Positions 39,101 to 52,447 of a stretch of 64,000 bases of DNA are shown in pieces. A program made the position numbers and the translations under genes. The notes below the pieces were generated by a model. That model made no database searches. It was not told the DNA's origin and saw only the letters and a list, made by a program, of their open reading frames with translations. This DNA is from Marsupella aquatica (lineage: Eukaryota > Plantae > Marchantiophyta): assembly GCA_973895155.1 (NCBI GenBank), contig OZ316893.1:24913520-24977519 (forward strand). Reading direction: 5' to 3'. Each line of letters begins with the position of its first letter. The stretch's first letter is position 1.

Positions 39101-42100
39101 CCTTTGATGCCCTGGTGTTGGAATGGTCCTGCAGTTGACGCTGCTCTTGCCCCACCCGAACTTTCTTCTCCTCAGCCTCCTTATCCTTTTCCTTGCGATC
39201 CTTTCGTCTTTGCTTCGCCTACGACGAAGAATATCGAAAATCTTCAATAACCGAGTTGCCAATAGAACATCTTCTGCTAGCTTGTTTATTGGGAAACACT
39301 ACTATCATTTATCATGCGGTAGTCACACACATTGAGGCAAAAGGCTAGCAGTTTCTAAACAAGCAAAGATCTCAAACCCAACTCTATACCTCCGCACCAG
39401 AGAGAAATTTCCTGAGGCACCACCGTAAACTAACGTATTGCTAATTGACTGTGGATGACATCCATGAGAACCTTGCCTGGCCACTAGAATATCTCGAAGA
39501 AAATCTACTAGAATTAACATCCAAAAATGCACCACGACTGATCACAAGCGGCACGTCAAACAAAACGAACCTGTTTCTTCTTCGAACGTTTCTCCTTTTC
39601 AGCTGCTTCCCGTTTAATACGCATCTCGGTTTCTGCTTGCCCAGCGGCTTCTTCTTCTCGAATGAGCTCTTCCTGCCTTTTCAGCGCAACAGCTTCTCTA
39701 TATGCAACTTCCACGCGGTTTCTGCGCAGCCACAGATATGTAAGGCAAAGGTACCGACCTACACGACAGCTTTCATGTATACTGATGAAAAGAGCACGTA
39801 CTAATAAAACAAACAACTAGGCTGATCCAATTCTACAGCTTGAACTCAACAAACAATATACTCATCGTCTAAAGGGATGCATACAAAAGGTTTCTTTCGA
39901 CCGCATTCACTATGGTAACAGATCAACTTTTGAATCCCGTTCCGCCTAAACAGCAAGCAACTAGAACAAGTGTCTCTACTACAGAAAGGGGCCTAATCGA
40001 ATTGGTCGGCGACGGAACCTCAATGCGAGGCAAGTCCAAAGTCAAGTGCAAAGACAGAGGCGGCGAAAGGTGATCCCATTCAACAGGGGAAGTTAAGAGT
40101 GAAGGTGATACCCAGACAAATTTAATTTTAGATTACAGTCCTAATTACTGCGCAGGCATTACATCAGTTTGCCACATTCTAAATATTAAGCACTTATGGC
40201 CACATGCACTGTAACTGAATCCAGCTTCCATTTTGGTAAATCAGGGTGCTCAGAGCAAAAGAAAAGAAATAACATGGCAAACAGTGTGAAACGAGAAATC
40301 CCAGAATCAACGATATACAAGGAACGTACGTGTAGAGATGAGCCAAAACAAACATCTCCACGGTTCTCCTACCCAACTCTGTAAGCCTCCGTTCATCTCG
40401 ATCGACGGAATCCTTTCCAAACTCATCCCCAGAACCAATTTCCTGCATTTCATTCCGCAGACAGGCCACTCTAATCAAAGCTTCCTATCAAAAAGCGCAA
40501 TACGCCATGGCATTCGCAAAAAGCAATGATAAGCCATGTCTAGAAGCACTCGACCATCCCACTTTAAGTATACATGTCAAAAGAAGTCGCAAAGTAAACC
40601 ACTATCGCCCGAAAGTCATCAACCGTAGCTCCGATGCCCTACCATGACCTCCCAGACAAATGTCAGATAGTACTTTACAGCACCGGACCATTTGTACTCC
40701 ATTGCATTGGTAGCCAATGTCGTAGTCGCAATAGTACTTTTCCTCACACGTAGACTGCTTTCATTTTTCATTTCTTTCGCCTACTTTTCTTCAAGTGACA
40801 CATTTCTGCTGTCATTACCCTAGAACCTTCCAGTTCAAGGACAAGGTAAAATACCTTCGTACGATTTTGAGGACCTTTGTCATCTTTGTAAGCTGGTAGA
40901 GACTCTGCAACAGCTCTCTCTAGAAGAACTAAGACATCACCAGCCAGAACGAAGGCATCCTTCTCTACCCAAACAACTGGGCTTACTGCTTCCTCCATGT
41001 CCACGCCATTGATCTTGCTCTTCTTGTTCCTAGTCCGGTAATCTAAAGCTTTGCAGCCACTATAAAGTGCATCCATGACAAGTGTCGACGTGACTTCCTT
41101 CTCGTTGAAAAATCGTTTCACGACAGCTTTCAAAATGACATCAGTCTTCTCCCGAGCTAATCTGTAGCGTGCTCCTTCTTCTACTGCAGACCAAAAGGTT
41201 CGAAAACTGCCCCAACAATAGTTCTCGTCAGTGATGACTTCCCGAAATGAAAAGAAGACCTCTCTCCCCCAGCATTGTGACGCTATTCTAAATCATTCGC
41301 TTTTCAGCAAAACCAGCAGAAGGAGACCAAGCCATCAACATTATCACTTCAAAAGTATAAATAAGGCACCTGGCCCATCTTGGCCTGTCCTCCATAAGCT
41401 TCCCCAGTTTTTCTCTCTTCTCCTCGACGAATCGTCTGCAGATGCCCTCCACATTAGTCAGATACACCCGGACAAGCTCCCTTCGATACTGGCAATCCAG
41501 GCACCGGAATGGACGATGGGGATTCTCCCTGCAAGATCATTACGACACCGAAATCAACTTCAAGAAATTATGTGTCCAAATTAACGTGACATGGATTTCT
41601 TAAGGGTGTTTTCAAAATAAGACGACAGACATCATCTCCTGTTAACGTTCAGTGTGCGATCATACAAAATTCCTAGAAATCTTTCCAGGACGGGTCCATG
41701 GTTCCGTCAGAATAGTCCCTTCCCTATAAAAACTGAACTTTCGCCGGTGTTGCACAACTCAACAACGAATACAGACTAGTTCGAGAGGCAGGGACACAAG
41801 GGTTCCACAGCAGCACACAAAGTCCAGCAATTAGCGTGACATAGTCTCTCAACTGAGTACCCATCCGCTACTAATAATATATATATCAGTAGGAAATATA
41901 TATTATTAGTAGACACTAATAATATATATGCTGAGAGCAGCTACAACAAAGAAGCTGCTAACTCTTAAGAATCTGACACAGAGATATCTTAGATTTCACA
42001 GCAAAGTTATGGCAATCACACCATTTATCGACGTCCAGCTCCTCAGGTCCACAATGAATTACTAGAAAGTGCTAGGTCAAGCACAACAGGTCAATACAGA

Positions 42101-45100
42101 CAACATCTGCACATGCTGGTAAACCTGAGCGAACATACTATCGAGAACATTCACTATGAAGATCAAGAAACTATGGAGGTAAGCCTACTCTCCATTTTTT
42201 GTACTCGCAGAGTGCAGGCCCAACCCTACTGCCAAGCTTTGACGCGTAGAAACCAATCACGCCAACACCGGGCCGGAAATGGTTCTGAACGAAACTCTAA
42301 GAGTATACAGAAAACGTAGCCCAGACGCGCAACCGGATGCTAGAGGGCAAAATTACCATATGCACAGTAAAACAAAATCGCTACTCAATGTATTCCCTTC
42401 AAACTACTGAAGTTCCTCAAAAGACATATGACATAGATACTCAAGAATCAACGTTTTTCGAAAGTATAAGTCCCAACGAAGAACGTATTAATGCGAAGCA
42501 ATCACGGCTCAGTCCAGCATCAAAGAACGTTTTGACTCATATCGTTTAACGCTCTACTTTGGCACTCTGACATTCAGGAATGTATCAGAAGAACTCTTAA
42601 ACTATTATATGTTAACGTTACGGTTCGGCTCGACGTGAGACCTGCTACTTCATTAATCATACTGAAAAAATGAAGTTCCTAGGGAGGACACACATCCGAC
42701 TATATACTTATTGTGGCATAAGATCACCTCCGTGAGCAACTATTCCCAGTCAAACATTGTTTCTACTGAGTCTGTAATCTAATTTATTCGTTCCTGAATG
42801 GGTAAATACCACTGTTATCTGGGAGGCACTTTCCGTAGAGCAAACGACTGTTCAATGACTGTATAGGATCAAACCTGATGACTTGAACTTGGGCCTTAAT
42901 AACGAGTGTATCTGCCACTGTGAAGCCATCCAAAACTTTCGAGAGCTCCATGAACTTCTTCCAACCCCAATCATGTTCCTTCTTACAGAAACGGTGCAGG
43001 GTATCTGAAAACAGGCAGCGGGGTCAGCAACTTTAAGTTCGCAGAAAACAAGCCAGATAAAAATGACAGAAGGGCAGGACAATATAGGGTAGATCGTCCC
43101 TGAATGAAAATCAACGTTCCCGATGACTGGATGTCATCAGATTCTGGGAAATCTGATGACATCCAGTCAGATGGGTGCTTCGACAAAGTAAAACTACATA
43201 AGCCAACAGAAACTGCTCTAATTTACAGATCCACAATACATAACATGTTCTGTGTAACTAACATCCAGAAGCATCTGTGCGTTTAAGCCACTGCTATACA
43301 TGCAAACAACGAGGAACAGTGATGGTGACAACGAGCAACGATTTTAGCTGTGTGAATTTCGAGTCCTCGTCTTTGCAAGTAAATTTGACAAGTTACACTG
43401 TCACTACTTCCAATTGCAAATAACTGCAATGAAAGATCAAAGTGCACAGTGTCGTATTCACAAAAACCAAGAGTGTTAAGCAAAGCGTATGACGCCCGCT
43501 GGATCATATAATCGTGCGACTTCTTAGCCCGAGTTCTCAACGAAACACGAAAGGTACAAAGAATAATCAGTTATTAGGGTTTGATGTATCCGAGGACAAG
43601 GAAAGGCGTGGAGATTAAGTGTTAACATTGTTTTGTAACCCGTCCCACCTGAATACTTGGACTTCTTCGGATCCTTGTTGACGACAGCTATCGTGAATTG
43701 CGCAAAGTGGCTCCACCCTTCACAGGAACCAGGATATCAAGTTACATCGAAATTACAGTCAGCATATCCGCATGTAGACGTTCTTTTAGTTGTTGGTCCT
43801 AGGAAGAAGCCTTTACTGTGAAGGCGACCCTAAACCTTCTTCCGCAAATAGATCGACCACGCGGTCAGGTAGTACAGATGCAGTTCCAAGCACACCAAAG
43901 ATCGCCCCATAGAGAGACTCAAATGCGAGCCACTGGAGAGTAAGATGTACCAGGTAAAAGTTTATCGTAGTCGGCCACGCACAGAAACAGAGACAGGTGA
44001 TTACACACGTCACAGCCCTGAGGATATACCAAGATGTACCTGCAGAGAGAATAACCTCCGTCAGCCATTATAGCTACCTTGAAACGGTAGGAATGTTTGA
44101 CAAATCAACAAAGCGTAGATCCTCACCATTTGTAGCCACCCACTTCGAAGATATTGCTCCTAAGCTCGCGCTTGCTGATCTCCGAGAAGTTCTCTATTTT
44201 CCATGTGAACTTGCCGTAGAGCTCGGAAGGCTTCGGTCCTGCGTGTGTTATCATTAGTTGCAGTTCTTAGAACGGTGATACAGCCACTCTGTAGCAGATC
44301 CTTGCCTTCACAGGTGCCAGAAAGTTACTTCTAAGAAAAAGAATAACTGCTGTGCGAGCAGCAACTTCGGCTAAGAAACGGCGGCTAGGCCTGATCAATT
44401 CCAGAGCTTCCCAGTTTTGGAACGTTTTATGTAAGGGTCTTCGAAACATGACTGCAGATATGCAGAAATTACTTCCAGGGATTTCAAGCCAAGGCAAGAA
44501 TCGTCCAGGATGCTTTAACATTTTTTCAGTAAGGTAATACGGGCGTAAGTTGATGATCCGTTCTAGTTTGCTAAATGGCGGATCTCTAACGCATTGAGTA
44601 CGGCTGTAGCGGCTCGGGTATCAATGGAAGGTGACTGCCTGGACAGGAGGTTTGGTGCACGTTATTATATATTTTCAAGCCTTGTGGTGAGTTCTTAAGG
44701 ATGATGAAAAGCAAATCTACTACGCGCCCACTCAAAAAGCAGAAAGCGGAGCTACACTCATACGCAAGCATACTTCAGCTACACCATGAAGGAACTCATG
44801 TCAACTCTTTCAAGGACATCGTCCTTCCAACCAACGTTCAACCGCAACAAGAGCCCATGGATCAGATACGAGTAGCTTAGGGTTTGTTCGTTGAACAGGT
44901 TGATTTGTAAACAATCCCGCCGAGAAAAACGGGGACGAAATCGGAATGATGGACACCCGCAGAAATTATGTTCTAAGCACCCAGTAGCAAAATGTGAGCA
45001 ATAGCTCTCCGCAATGCACTGAGTTCGATATAGGATCAACCTCTTTGATCACCGTCCGAGAGATGAGGATCTAGGCAGATGGGAATGGAGAGTACAAGAC

Positions 45101-45705
45101 ACTAGCGTTTCACGAAGACAGAAAATGAAAAACACCTTCTTTCCGGGTGGCAGATCATTTTGAAAAGAAGGATGAGGAGATCAATGTGATTTTCTGGGAG
45201 AAAGCTTAACTATGTCTAGCAACGAACAGTGGAGTCCAACAACGTGCAAAAGCAACGAAGGCATTGGTTCGAAGAATGTGCTTCCACCAGCAATGGGCAT
45301 CGTCCCGGTGAAGTGCTCTTCCACAAGAAGAATGCAGCACGGCAGTAAGAACAGGGGGACAAGTACTAGGAAGAGCAATTTCAACGAGCCAGGAGCCAGG
45401 CACTGAAGAGAAAGATTTGCCCTGATCCTATTCAAAATCTGCGCCGCTCGGATGACCGACAGCGATCGAAGTTGGGCATCCGAAGGACGAGGACAAAGAA
45501 AAGTACCAACAATCGAAGACGAATTGGAATCATCATCGTCGTCAGAATCCCAATAAGCGGGAGAAGTGGAGGGCGGAGACGGCTCCAGCTGCTCCCGCGA
45601 CCTCCACTCCCCAACCGAATCGGAAGAAGAATGCAGCTTCGTTGATTGCGGACCCTCTGATGGCGCCGCGCTCCCATAGTCTCCTCCACGGGAATGGCAC
45701 GCCAT
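36157..45705 (-). CDS. MATH/TRAF-domain protein, plant TRAF1a/b (At5g43560/At1g04300, MUSE13/14)-like, about 12 exons
   Basis: Approximate exons: 45705-45507; 44238-44127 (GPKPSELYGKFTWKIENFSEISKRELRS); ~44039-43952 (YILVYPQGCDVCNHLSLFLCVA); ~43717-43649 (WSHFAQFTIAVVNKDPKKSKYS); ~43004-42876 (DTLHRFCKKEHDWGWKKFMELSK); ~41528-41370; ~41207-40855; ~40441-40331; ~39711-39571 (VAYREAVALKRQEELIREEE); ~39214-38721; ~38490-38287; ~38085-36157 (EEFPHLDIINDLLDED). Confidence 0.95.
41868..41912. repeat. Perfect 17-bp AT-rich inverted repeat in an intron of the MATH gene
   Basis: CTACTAATAATATATAT - 11 nt - ATATATATTATTAGTAG. A further partial copy of the arm follows. Confidence 0.7.
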
Positions 45706-46639
45706 CTGCTACGTTTCCTCCTTCACAGTCCTCTGAAACCTTTGTCCGTCCGTCCGTCCGTGCCCCCTTCGTCCAGTTCCCAGTACAACAATCTTCGTTC
45801 TCCCCTATCTCGTCCACTCAAGAGTCCAATCGCACCCTTCCTTACTGGCACATCTGTTTCTTACTACAAATTCCTTCCTAAGCCTCCTCTTCCTACCTAC
45901 CTACCTTTCTCCTCCTCGCCCTGCTTTCCCGCCTTCCTTCCTCCCACTCAACAACCTATCAATCTTTCTTCAACACCCTCGCCCTCTCTGTTAGGGTTTC
46001 CATCTGCCTCATTCCTTCCCTTCCTCTTGGCCTCGCCATCTGCTCCCTTCCTCCCTTGCTACTGCTGCCCTTTTTCCTGCTTCATCATTGTCGCCAATAC
46101 GGTCCCATCACCATCATTCTGTCCGAGCTATTGCAACCTTTTACGATGCAGCACCCTCTTTCTTTCCCAAGAGCAAGCCGCTGCTTCTCTCTGCGCACTG
46201 CTGCATATCACTTCGCGCACTCGCATCGCCCACTCTCTCGCGTTCCCTCCCGAACTCACTTTTTCGCACCCCCACACCACGACGGCCCCAACCCAACTTC
46301 CTCGCGGCCTCCCCCCTTTTTTGAGTTTTTCCCTCACGAAAACAAAACGAGCGAGAGCATAATGATGTGCGTTCTTCCGCTAGAGAAGACGACCACGACG
46401 ACGACCTGAACGGCACCGAACCACTCTACTACTCTACGACGCGCTCTCTACTCCGAGAGGACCGAGACTACTCTCTGCTCCCTGCCTCCCCAGTCTCCCA
46501 CTTGTAATTAATTAGCACACGCACGGAGTGTGTGTGTGAGGCGATCAGGCGATGGTGGAAGGACGGAAGACGGAAGATCCGTAATCCACCATCCCGAGAA
46601 ACTGATGCAGCGCCAAATCGAATCCCAATTTGTTCAGTC

Positions 46640-46892
46640 TCCGTCGTCTTCGTCCTCTTCGTCCTCTTCGTCCTCTTCGTTCTTTTCGTCTGTTCGTCTG
46701 TTTCCTCCTTTTCGTTTCTTCGACCGCCCTCTCTCTCTCTCTCTCGTCGCCTTGCCCTTGCCCTCTTGCCCTTACCCTTGCCCTCTTGCCCTTGCCCTTG
46801 CCCTTGCCCTCTTGCCCTTACCCTTGCCCTCTTGCCCTTGCCCTTGCCCTCTTGCCCTTGCCCTTTGCCTTGCCCTTTGCCTTGCCCTTGCC
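46640..46892. repeat. Pyrimidine-rich simple repeats: (ttcgtcctc)n, (ct)n and (gccctt/gccctctt)n
   Basis: Directly visible. These repeats generate the low-complexity ORFs at 46468-47251. Confidence 0.9.
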
Positions 46893-47019
46893 GCGCAATG
46901 GCCGCTGCTCCTGCTGCTGCAAAAGGGCGGAAACGACAGGCCGACGTTGGAACGCGCCCTCGCCGTCTGTTGCTCCTGTCCCCAGTCCCCTGTTTCGGTT
47001 CTGCTGCACAGTACTCGCC

Positions 47020-47985
47020 ATTTCGCCAACGAGGAGCGCGAAGATGGCGGTTCCGTGGCACTCCCGCCTTTGAATTTCCTCCCAGTGTGTGTGGGGCCCG
47101 ATTAAATAATAACTCCAGCTTATTATTTAAAACGCTCCCAGTGTGTTGGTGCGTGTGGGGCCCTATTGGCACGCGCGGAGATGGCAGTTCCATGGCACTC
47201 CCACCTTGGAGTTTTCTCCTCCCGGAGCTGCACCCTGCGTCCCTTGTATGACCTGCCCCTGAGACGGCCCCAGTGTCTTTGTGAGTGTGGGACCCCCCGA
47301 CAAGGCAGCGATGAGCGCTGAGATGGCGGTTTCATGGCACTGCCGCCGTTGAATTTTCTTCTTCCGGCCTTGCACCCTGTGTCCTTCCCAGTGTCGTTGT
47401 GAGAGTGGGGCCCGTTGATTCTGCTGCGCTTTGTTTCAGGCCGCTGCCTTGGCAGAGACGAGCTAAACTTAGAATGAGGTTCCATGCTACTCCCGACTTT
47501 GATTCTCTTGTCTCAGCCCCCGGTGCCTCGCACGACGGGGCCCTGGGACGCTCCCAGCGTCTTTGTGAGTGTGGGGCTGCTGCTCTGGCAGATGACTGAA
47601 ACTGAGATTGAGGTTCCATGCACCTCCCAAGTTTGATTCTCCCGGCCCACTGGCCCAGCTCCCCGCTCCCCATCCCTCGCACAATGGCCCCTGGGACGCT
47701 CCCAGTGTTTTCACCAGTGTGGGGCCCAATAAGGCTCACTGGATTCTGCTACACTTGGCTTGGGGCTACTCCCAGTCTCTTTTTCAGTGTGGGACCAAAT
47801 AATGTTGGGTGCCCCCCTCTCTTTCTCACTGGCCAATGACAAACTGAGATTGCAGCTCCATGCCACTTCGACCTTCGACCCTTCATCCCTGCCAGCGTAC
47901 CTGGGACCCAGTGCCATAGGGACGCTCCCAGAGTCTTTTAGTGTGGGGCCAAATAAAGTTGGGTGCCCCCTCTCTCACTAGTGTG
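47020..47985. repeat. Degenerate GC-rich repeat array (ctcccagtgt...gtggggccc / gagatggcggttccatggcactc), about 7-8 irregular units
   Basis: The motif recurs at about 47079, 47135, 47268, 47385, 47551, 47699, 47770 and 47925. Confidence 0.7.
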
Positions 47986-48376
47986 GGGGAAGGTTGGTGT
48001 TGGGACAAGGTTGTTGGTTTTAGAGCTTCTAGACAAATTCTTCTTTGTTACTTTCTTTTGCAATTGATGAGGATTAAATTAAACCACAGACTTAGAAAAA
48101 AACCTATACTGAACCTGAGTCGTGAAGACAAGACCTAATAGAATGTACCAATTGAAAAACACAAGTGTACCAAGGCTCCCAATGAGGGCCCCTCTTTCAC
48201 CTGGCATGGTCAAGACTAACATTTGTTCAAGTCGTCAATTTGTATATCTCTCACCTAGTCTAACAGAACATTGTGAAAAGCTCACCATGCAAAAGATATG
48301 GAGAAGATAAGTTGTTGCTCAATACATTCATTATTGGGCCGGGTTAAGAAACGTTTTGCTCAGCAGAGAAGGCACA

Positions 48377-51300
48377 ATGCCATTGGCACGTGCGGCCAAA
48401 ATTCCTCTCAATCGACTACTTCTGAATAGAGGCCTGAAATCTCTCAATGTCCTCGTTATTGTAAGCAATCATGTTTTCTAACCAACATTCTGTATGCTCA
48501 AATGGTCCTTACTAAAAGTTCATGGGAAATGGATCATGCATGCGTTGTGATGATGATTAGTTTTCAATGAACTCATCCTTTGTTCAGTTATGACAATGAT
48601 GTTTGTGGAAGTCATTCTGGCTTCTAATTGTCATATTTTGCTCTACCCTAACATGAGGGTTAAGACTGGTTAGGACCTCCATCCATATTCATGTGTCACT
48701 CCCCAAAGAAATGAAGGAAAGCTCTCCAAATGAAAGCATTTTTCTGTTGATTAGAGTCTTGCAAATGGACATTGATATGTTGACTTTCTAACTCATCAGC
48801 TAGATGCAATCGTCAAAGAGTCTTCATATTTTCTTTGAAAGGTCTCCATCAGTTGCACAATGCTCGTGCAGATTGCAGGGGCGTTGACGATTCTCATGGT
48901 GTTATATTTGCAGCAAGTCCCAACCTTTTCCCCTGGCTGGTAACTTGTCTAGATTCTTGATTCCAGTTCCAAGTTTGACCATTAAGAAACTAACCAAGAA
49001 GCTAAATCATTAAGAATGACATGATAATCTACAATTTCTTCTTTCAGTTCACATTTAAGTTTCTATGCAGACAAACCATATGGGCCATAGTTGCACTTCT
49101 GTAGTCCAGACCAGTCCCCCAAATGCACTCGGTTCCATTTTCTAATCACTAGTTCTGCAAAGCATGTTTTGATTATGTATACGAGAACATCGATCAATTG
49201 GCATTTGAATGTTTCTTAAGCCGGGACAGTGCCCATGGACTGGGTTGAACATTTAATAGTTAGAGACCTAAAAAGTTACATTTAAAAACATACCCAACAA
49301 ACATGTCAAATCTGCACATTGTGGAGGCGCATGGAGCAGCAACTAGGCCAACATTTATCATTGTAAATTGCAAGAAATGATAGGGTCAGTTGCACTCATA
49401 TATGAAGACCAAAATAAACTGTGACATCCCACGTAGGGCTGTATCTGAGAATAGTATTGGATGAAATACTTTCTAAATTTTTCTGAGGGAAAAGACCCAC
49501 TTTATCATGGGAAAGTAGTGATTTAGAGCCTTGATGGTGTAGAAGCCATAACTAAATAATATGAAGGCACTATTGATGTTCCTTCAAGGGCATTGCCATT
49601 TGCTTCATCCAGAGTAAGGGCTAGTTGTCCATTGTTGCACTAAGGGTTTATATGTCCACCATAAAAAGTAGCAAGAGTTGGACACTACATTGTTTTGTTT
49701 TATAAATTGACTTTGGCATCCAGGTTGCTAATGTGATATTGAACTCTACAGCATACATCACATTAGTACCTCTTATTTATCTTAGTCACGCAAAGACCTG
49801 ATAAAATGCAATAACAAGCTGCATGAAAATTCCTTTCTCATAGTTGAGCATTACTCAATTGTTCTCTTGCTCATTCTGGACAGGTTATTAATATTTCTCG
49901 GAGGGTTGGTGATCGTTGGTGGACTATCAGGCTTTGGGGGAACCACACTCCCGTGTTGTTATATAACTCATGTCGTTACCATGTCTTGCTCAGCCTTTGG
50001 AGTTCTTGTTTTCAGCCTAGTGCTGTTTGGAGAGGTAATTAATTCCATCAAATAAAATTCTAATTTGTCTTTGACTCCTAGACCTCATAAAGACTTTGAA
50101 CCATCTTTGGGTAGTTTTCCAGCAATATTCAAGATTGGATTTGTTCAACAAATGACAATTCTATAAAGCTTTAGTCACTGCTAGAAAACAGGTGAAATTG
50201 ACAATGTTTATGTAGAGAAATGAAAATGTGTGCTATAAACATCTCTCACTTTCTGACATGAAATGACTCTCCAAAATAACTACGCTGGACTGCTGGTATG
50301 GGAATTTCTCAGTACCTGCCATCTTGTTCAATAAAACTAGACCTTTTGCATTCCAATTTTTTGCAATTTAACCAGGTTTTAAAACAAGTTTTAAAACAAA
50401 GACCAGTAATCCTCACTGCATTGCAAAGTGGCAAAGCCCCAAAAAAACTCCAAATGCCAAAAATAACAATACTTTATATGTTGGAATACCATGTAGAGAG
50501 CAAAGGTGGTGAAGGCATTTGACAGCCCAAGATATAGTGATGCAGAGGTACGGCATTTGTGGCTTTTCCTTCAATCAACACAACTTTGATTACTAGCTCT
50601 AGTAGTGTAGTATAATAAGTAAAAATATTTCTTAGCACATTTGCCACTACTGATTGGACCAAAGTTTTGACCTAGTTTTGCACTTGCCAATTGTAGGTGG
50701 ATAATCTTCTCATGCGTTGCTCTTGGGCATACCTTGCTTTGTGTGGTTTACAGGTAGAATGCCAACCCAACTCTAACATACACACCTGGTTCAAATTTAA
50801 GCTTTCAAATATGAAAACAGTAAAGTAAAAAGCTGGTCCATTCCAACTCATCCAAGTATCACACAGTTTGCAGCACTTCACTCTTGCAATGAATAATGAT
50901 GGCATGCTTTGTTGCAAACTGCTGGAGAACCTTTGCTGATTATAGTAGTTTTGCAGATATGCGGCATAATTGGGAGAAGCATTCTTCAAAAAATGACTTC
51001 AGATGAATTTCAGGTAAGTTGCTTTTCTCAATTTATGTTTACTTACTTTTGATCTTACCAGCATGATCTCAACTGTCTCAACATTTAATTATTGCATTGT
51101 GTAAGGCAAATTGAAATGTCTTGGCTTGTTTCCTACATGAATTTAAATTTAAACACTCTCTTGAAGATAGCTTGATCATTGTGCTCCCATGGGGGAGTCT
51201 GGAATGAGGTGGCCAGCTTGGTCAGGTCAACCATGGCAATACAAATTGGAGTTGACTAATAATTAGGTCCAAGGGTAACCAGGTTAATTAACACAGTTGG

Positions 51301-52447
51301 ATAAGCCAATGGATGATCCACAATTCACAAATGCCATTTCATCTTTCCTGGTAGATCAACTGAATGGTCAAGATATATGTATATAGTTGGAGGTTATGTA
51401 CATAGAAGAAACCTCCAAACTAAACTTAGTCGATTTAGAAAGTAATCTAGGAATCTTCTTGGAAATTTTGTAGAGATGAATGTTGTAAGTATTTCATGTG
51501 AACCTTTTGAGTACTTTCACAGTGGGAAGATCTTGGGAAGTTTCTTACTCAGTAAAAAAAAAATCAGGTCTAAAACAGTCAGGATTTTTTCCAAAATTTG
51601 AATCATCCGTAATACTCTTGTTATCATCAAATCCAAGGGTATTCCTTGTTCTAAGAGTTGCCAAATGTAATGAATGATGGTTTTCCAAATGAATCCTAGC
51701 CTCCTCTCTGCAGACATTTGAGGAGACCCGAGACAATCGAAATATAACTATGACACAAATGCGTCGGGAAGTGTAAGTTCTTTGCAACCTACAATCATCA
51801 AAATTGAAATTTACAACATGGAGAGCTGGAAAATAGTCCATATCATTCTGAAAACTAAGGAATCAAATCCAAATATGTTATTAAGATGAAGATTCCTTCC
51901 AATCATCTTGGACAAATTGTCTAGTATGACAACTTTGACTTAAATGTTGTCCACCTTGTCTCCCTCCAATTCGTTAGTGCTTTTAGAAGCATGACTCAAT
52001 CAAACACTAATGTTACAATTGTTGGTTACAGAGGTGAGCAACAAGACAGAGTTGATAGGACTTCAGCAAACAAAATTGAGGAGAAGATGGCAAACAAATA
52101 TGGACAGTAAGTTCAATATGCAGAGATGACAAGAATCTGTTATTGATCATAGTTATCTATTATAAGCATGGTACTTACAAAGAATTACTAGCATTCTTAG
52201 TTGTCCATTCCCAAAATGTCGAGTACTACAAATTTTGGCTACTTAAATCTCTTTCAGGGATCAACTTAGCTATATACAACTTGTCTCCTCATGGTATCAA
52301 CTCAGCTATGTTCAGCTAAGTTACAAATCCCAATTTAACTCTACCAGGCCTCATCTGTAACCATCTTGAGGATTCAGTTAATTTTTATTAGTTTTAAAGA
52401 TGATGTAAGTCTTTGATCTTGTTGAAAATTGCAGATGGATGAAATAG
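48377..52447 (+). CDS. Tetraspanin-like 4-TM protein, TOM2A/TET18-20 type (204 aa, 9 exons)
   Basis: Exons 48377-48460, 48872-48939, 49884-50034, 50497-50547, 50697-50753, 50957-51013, 51714-51772, 52032-52106 and 52435-52447. All introns are GT-AG with compatible phases, giving 615 nt. Protein: MPLARAAKIPLNRLLLNRGLKSLNVLVIIAGALTILMVLYL...PGWLLIFLGGLVIVGGLSGFGG...CCYITHVVTMSCSAFGVLVFSLVLF...CSWAYLALCGLQICGIIG...IEEKMANKYGQWMK. Confidence 0.8.

Noticed and set aside
46468-47251. Long overlapping ORFs (241, 239 and 191 aa)
   Set aside because: They are artefacts of stop-free (gccctt)n simple repeats.
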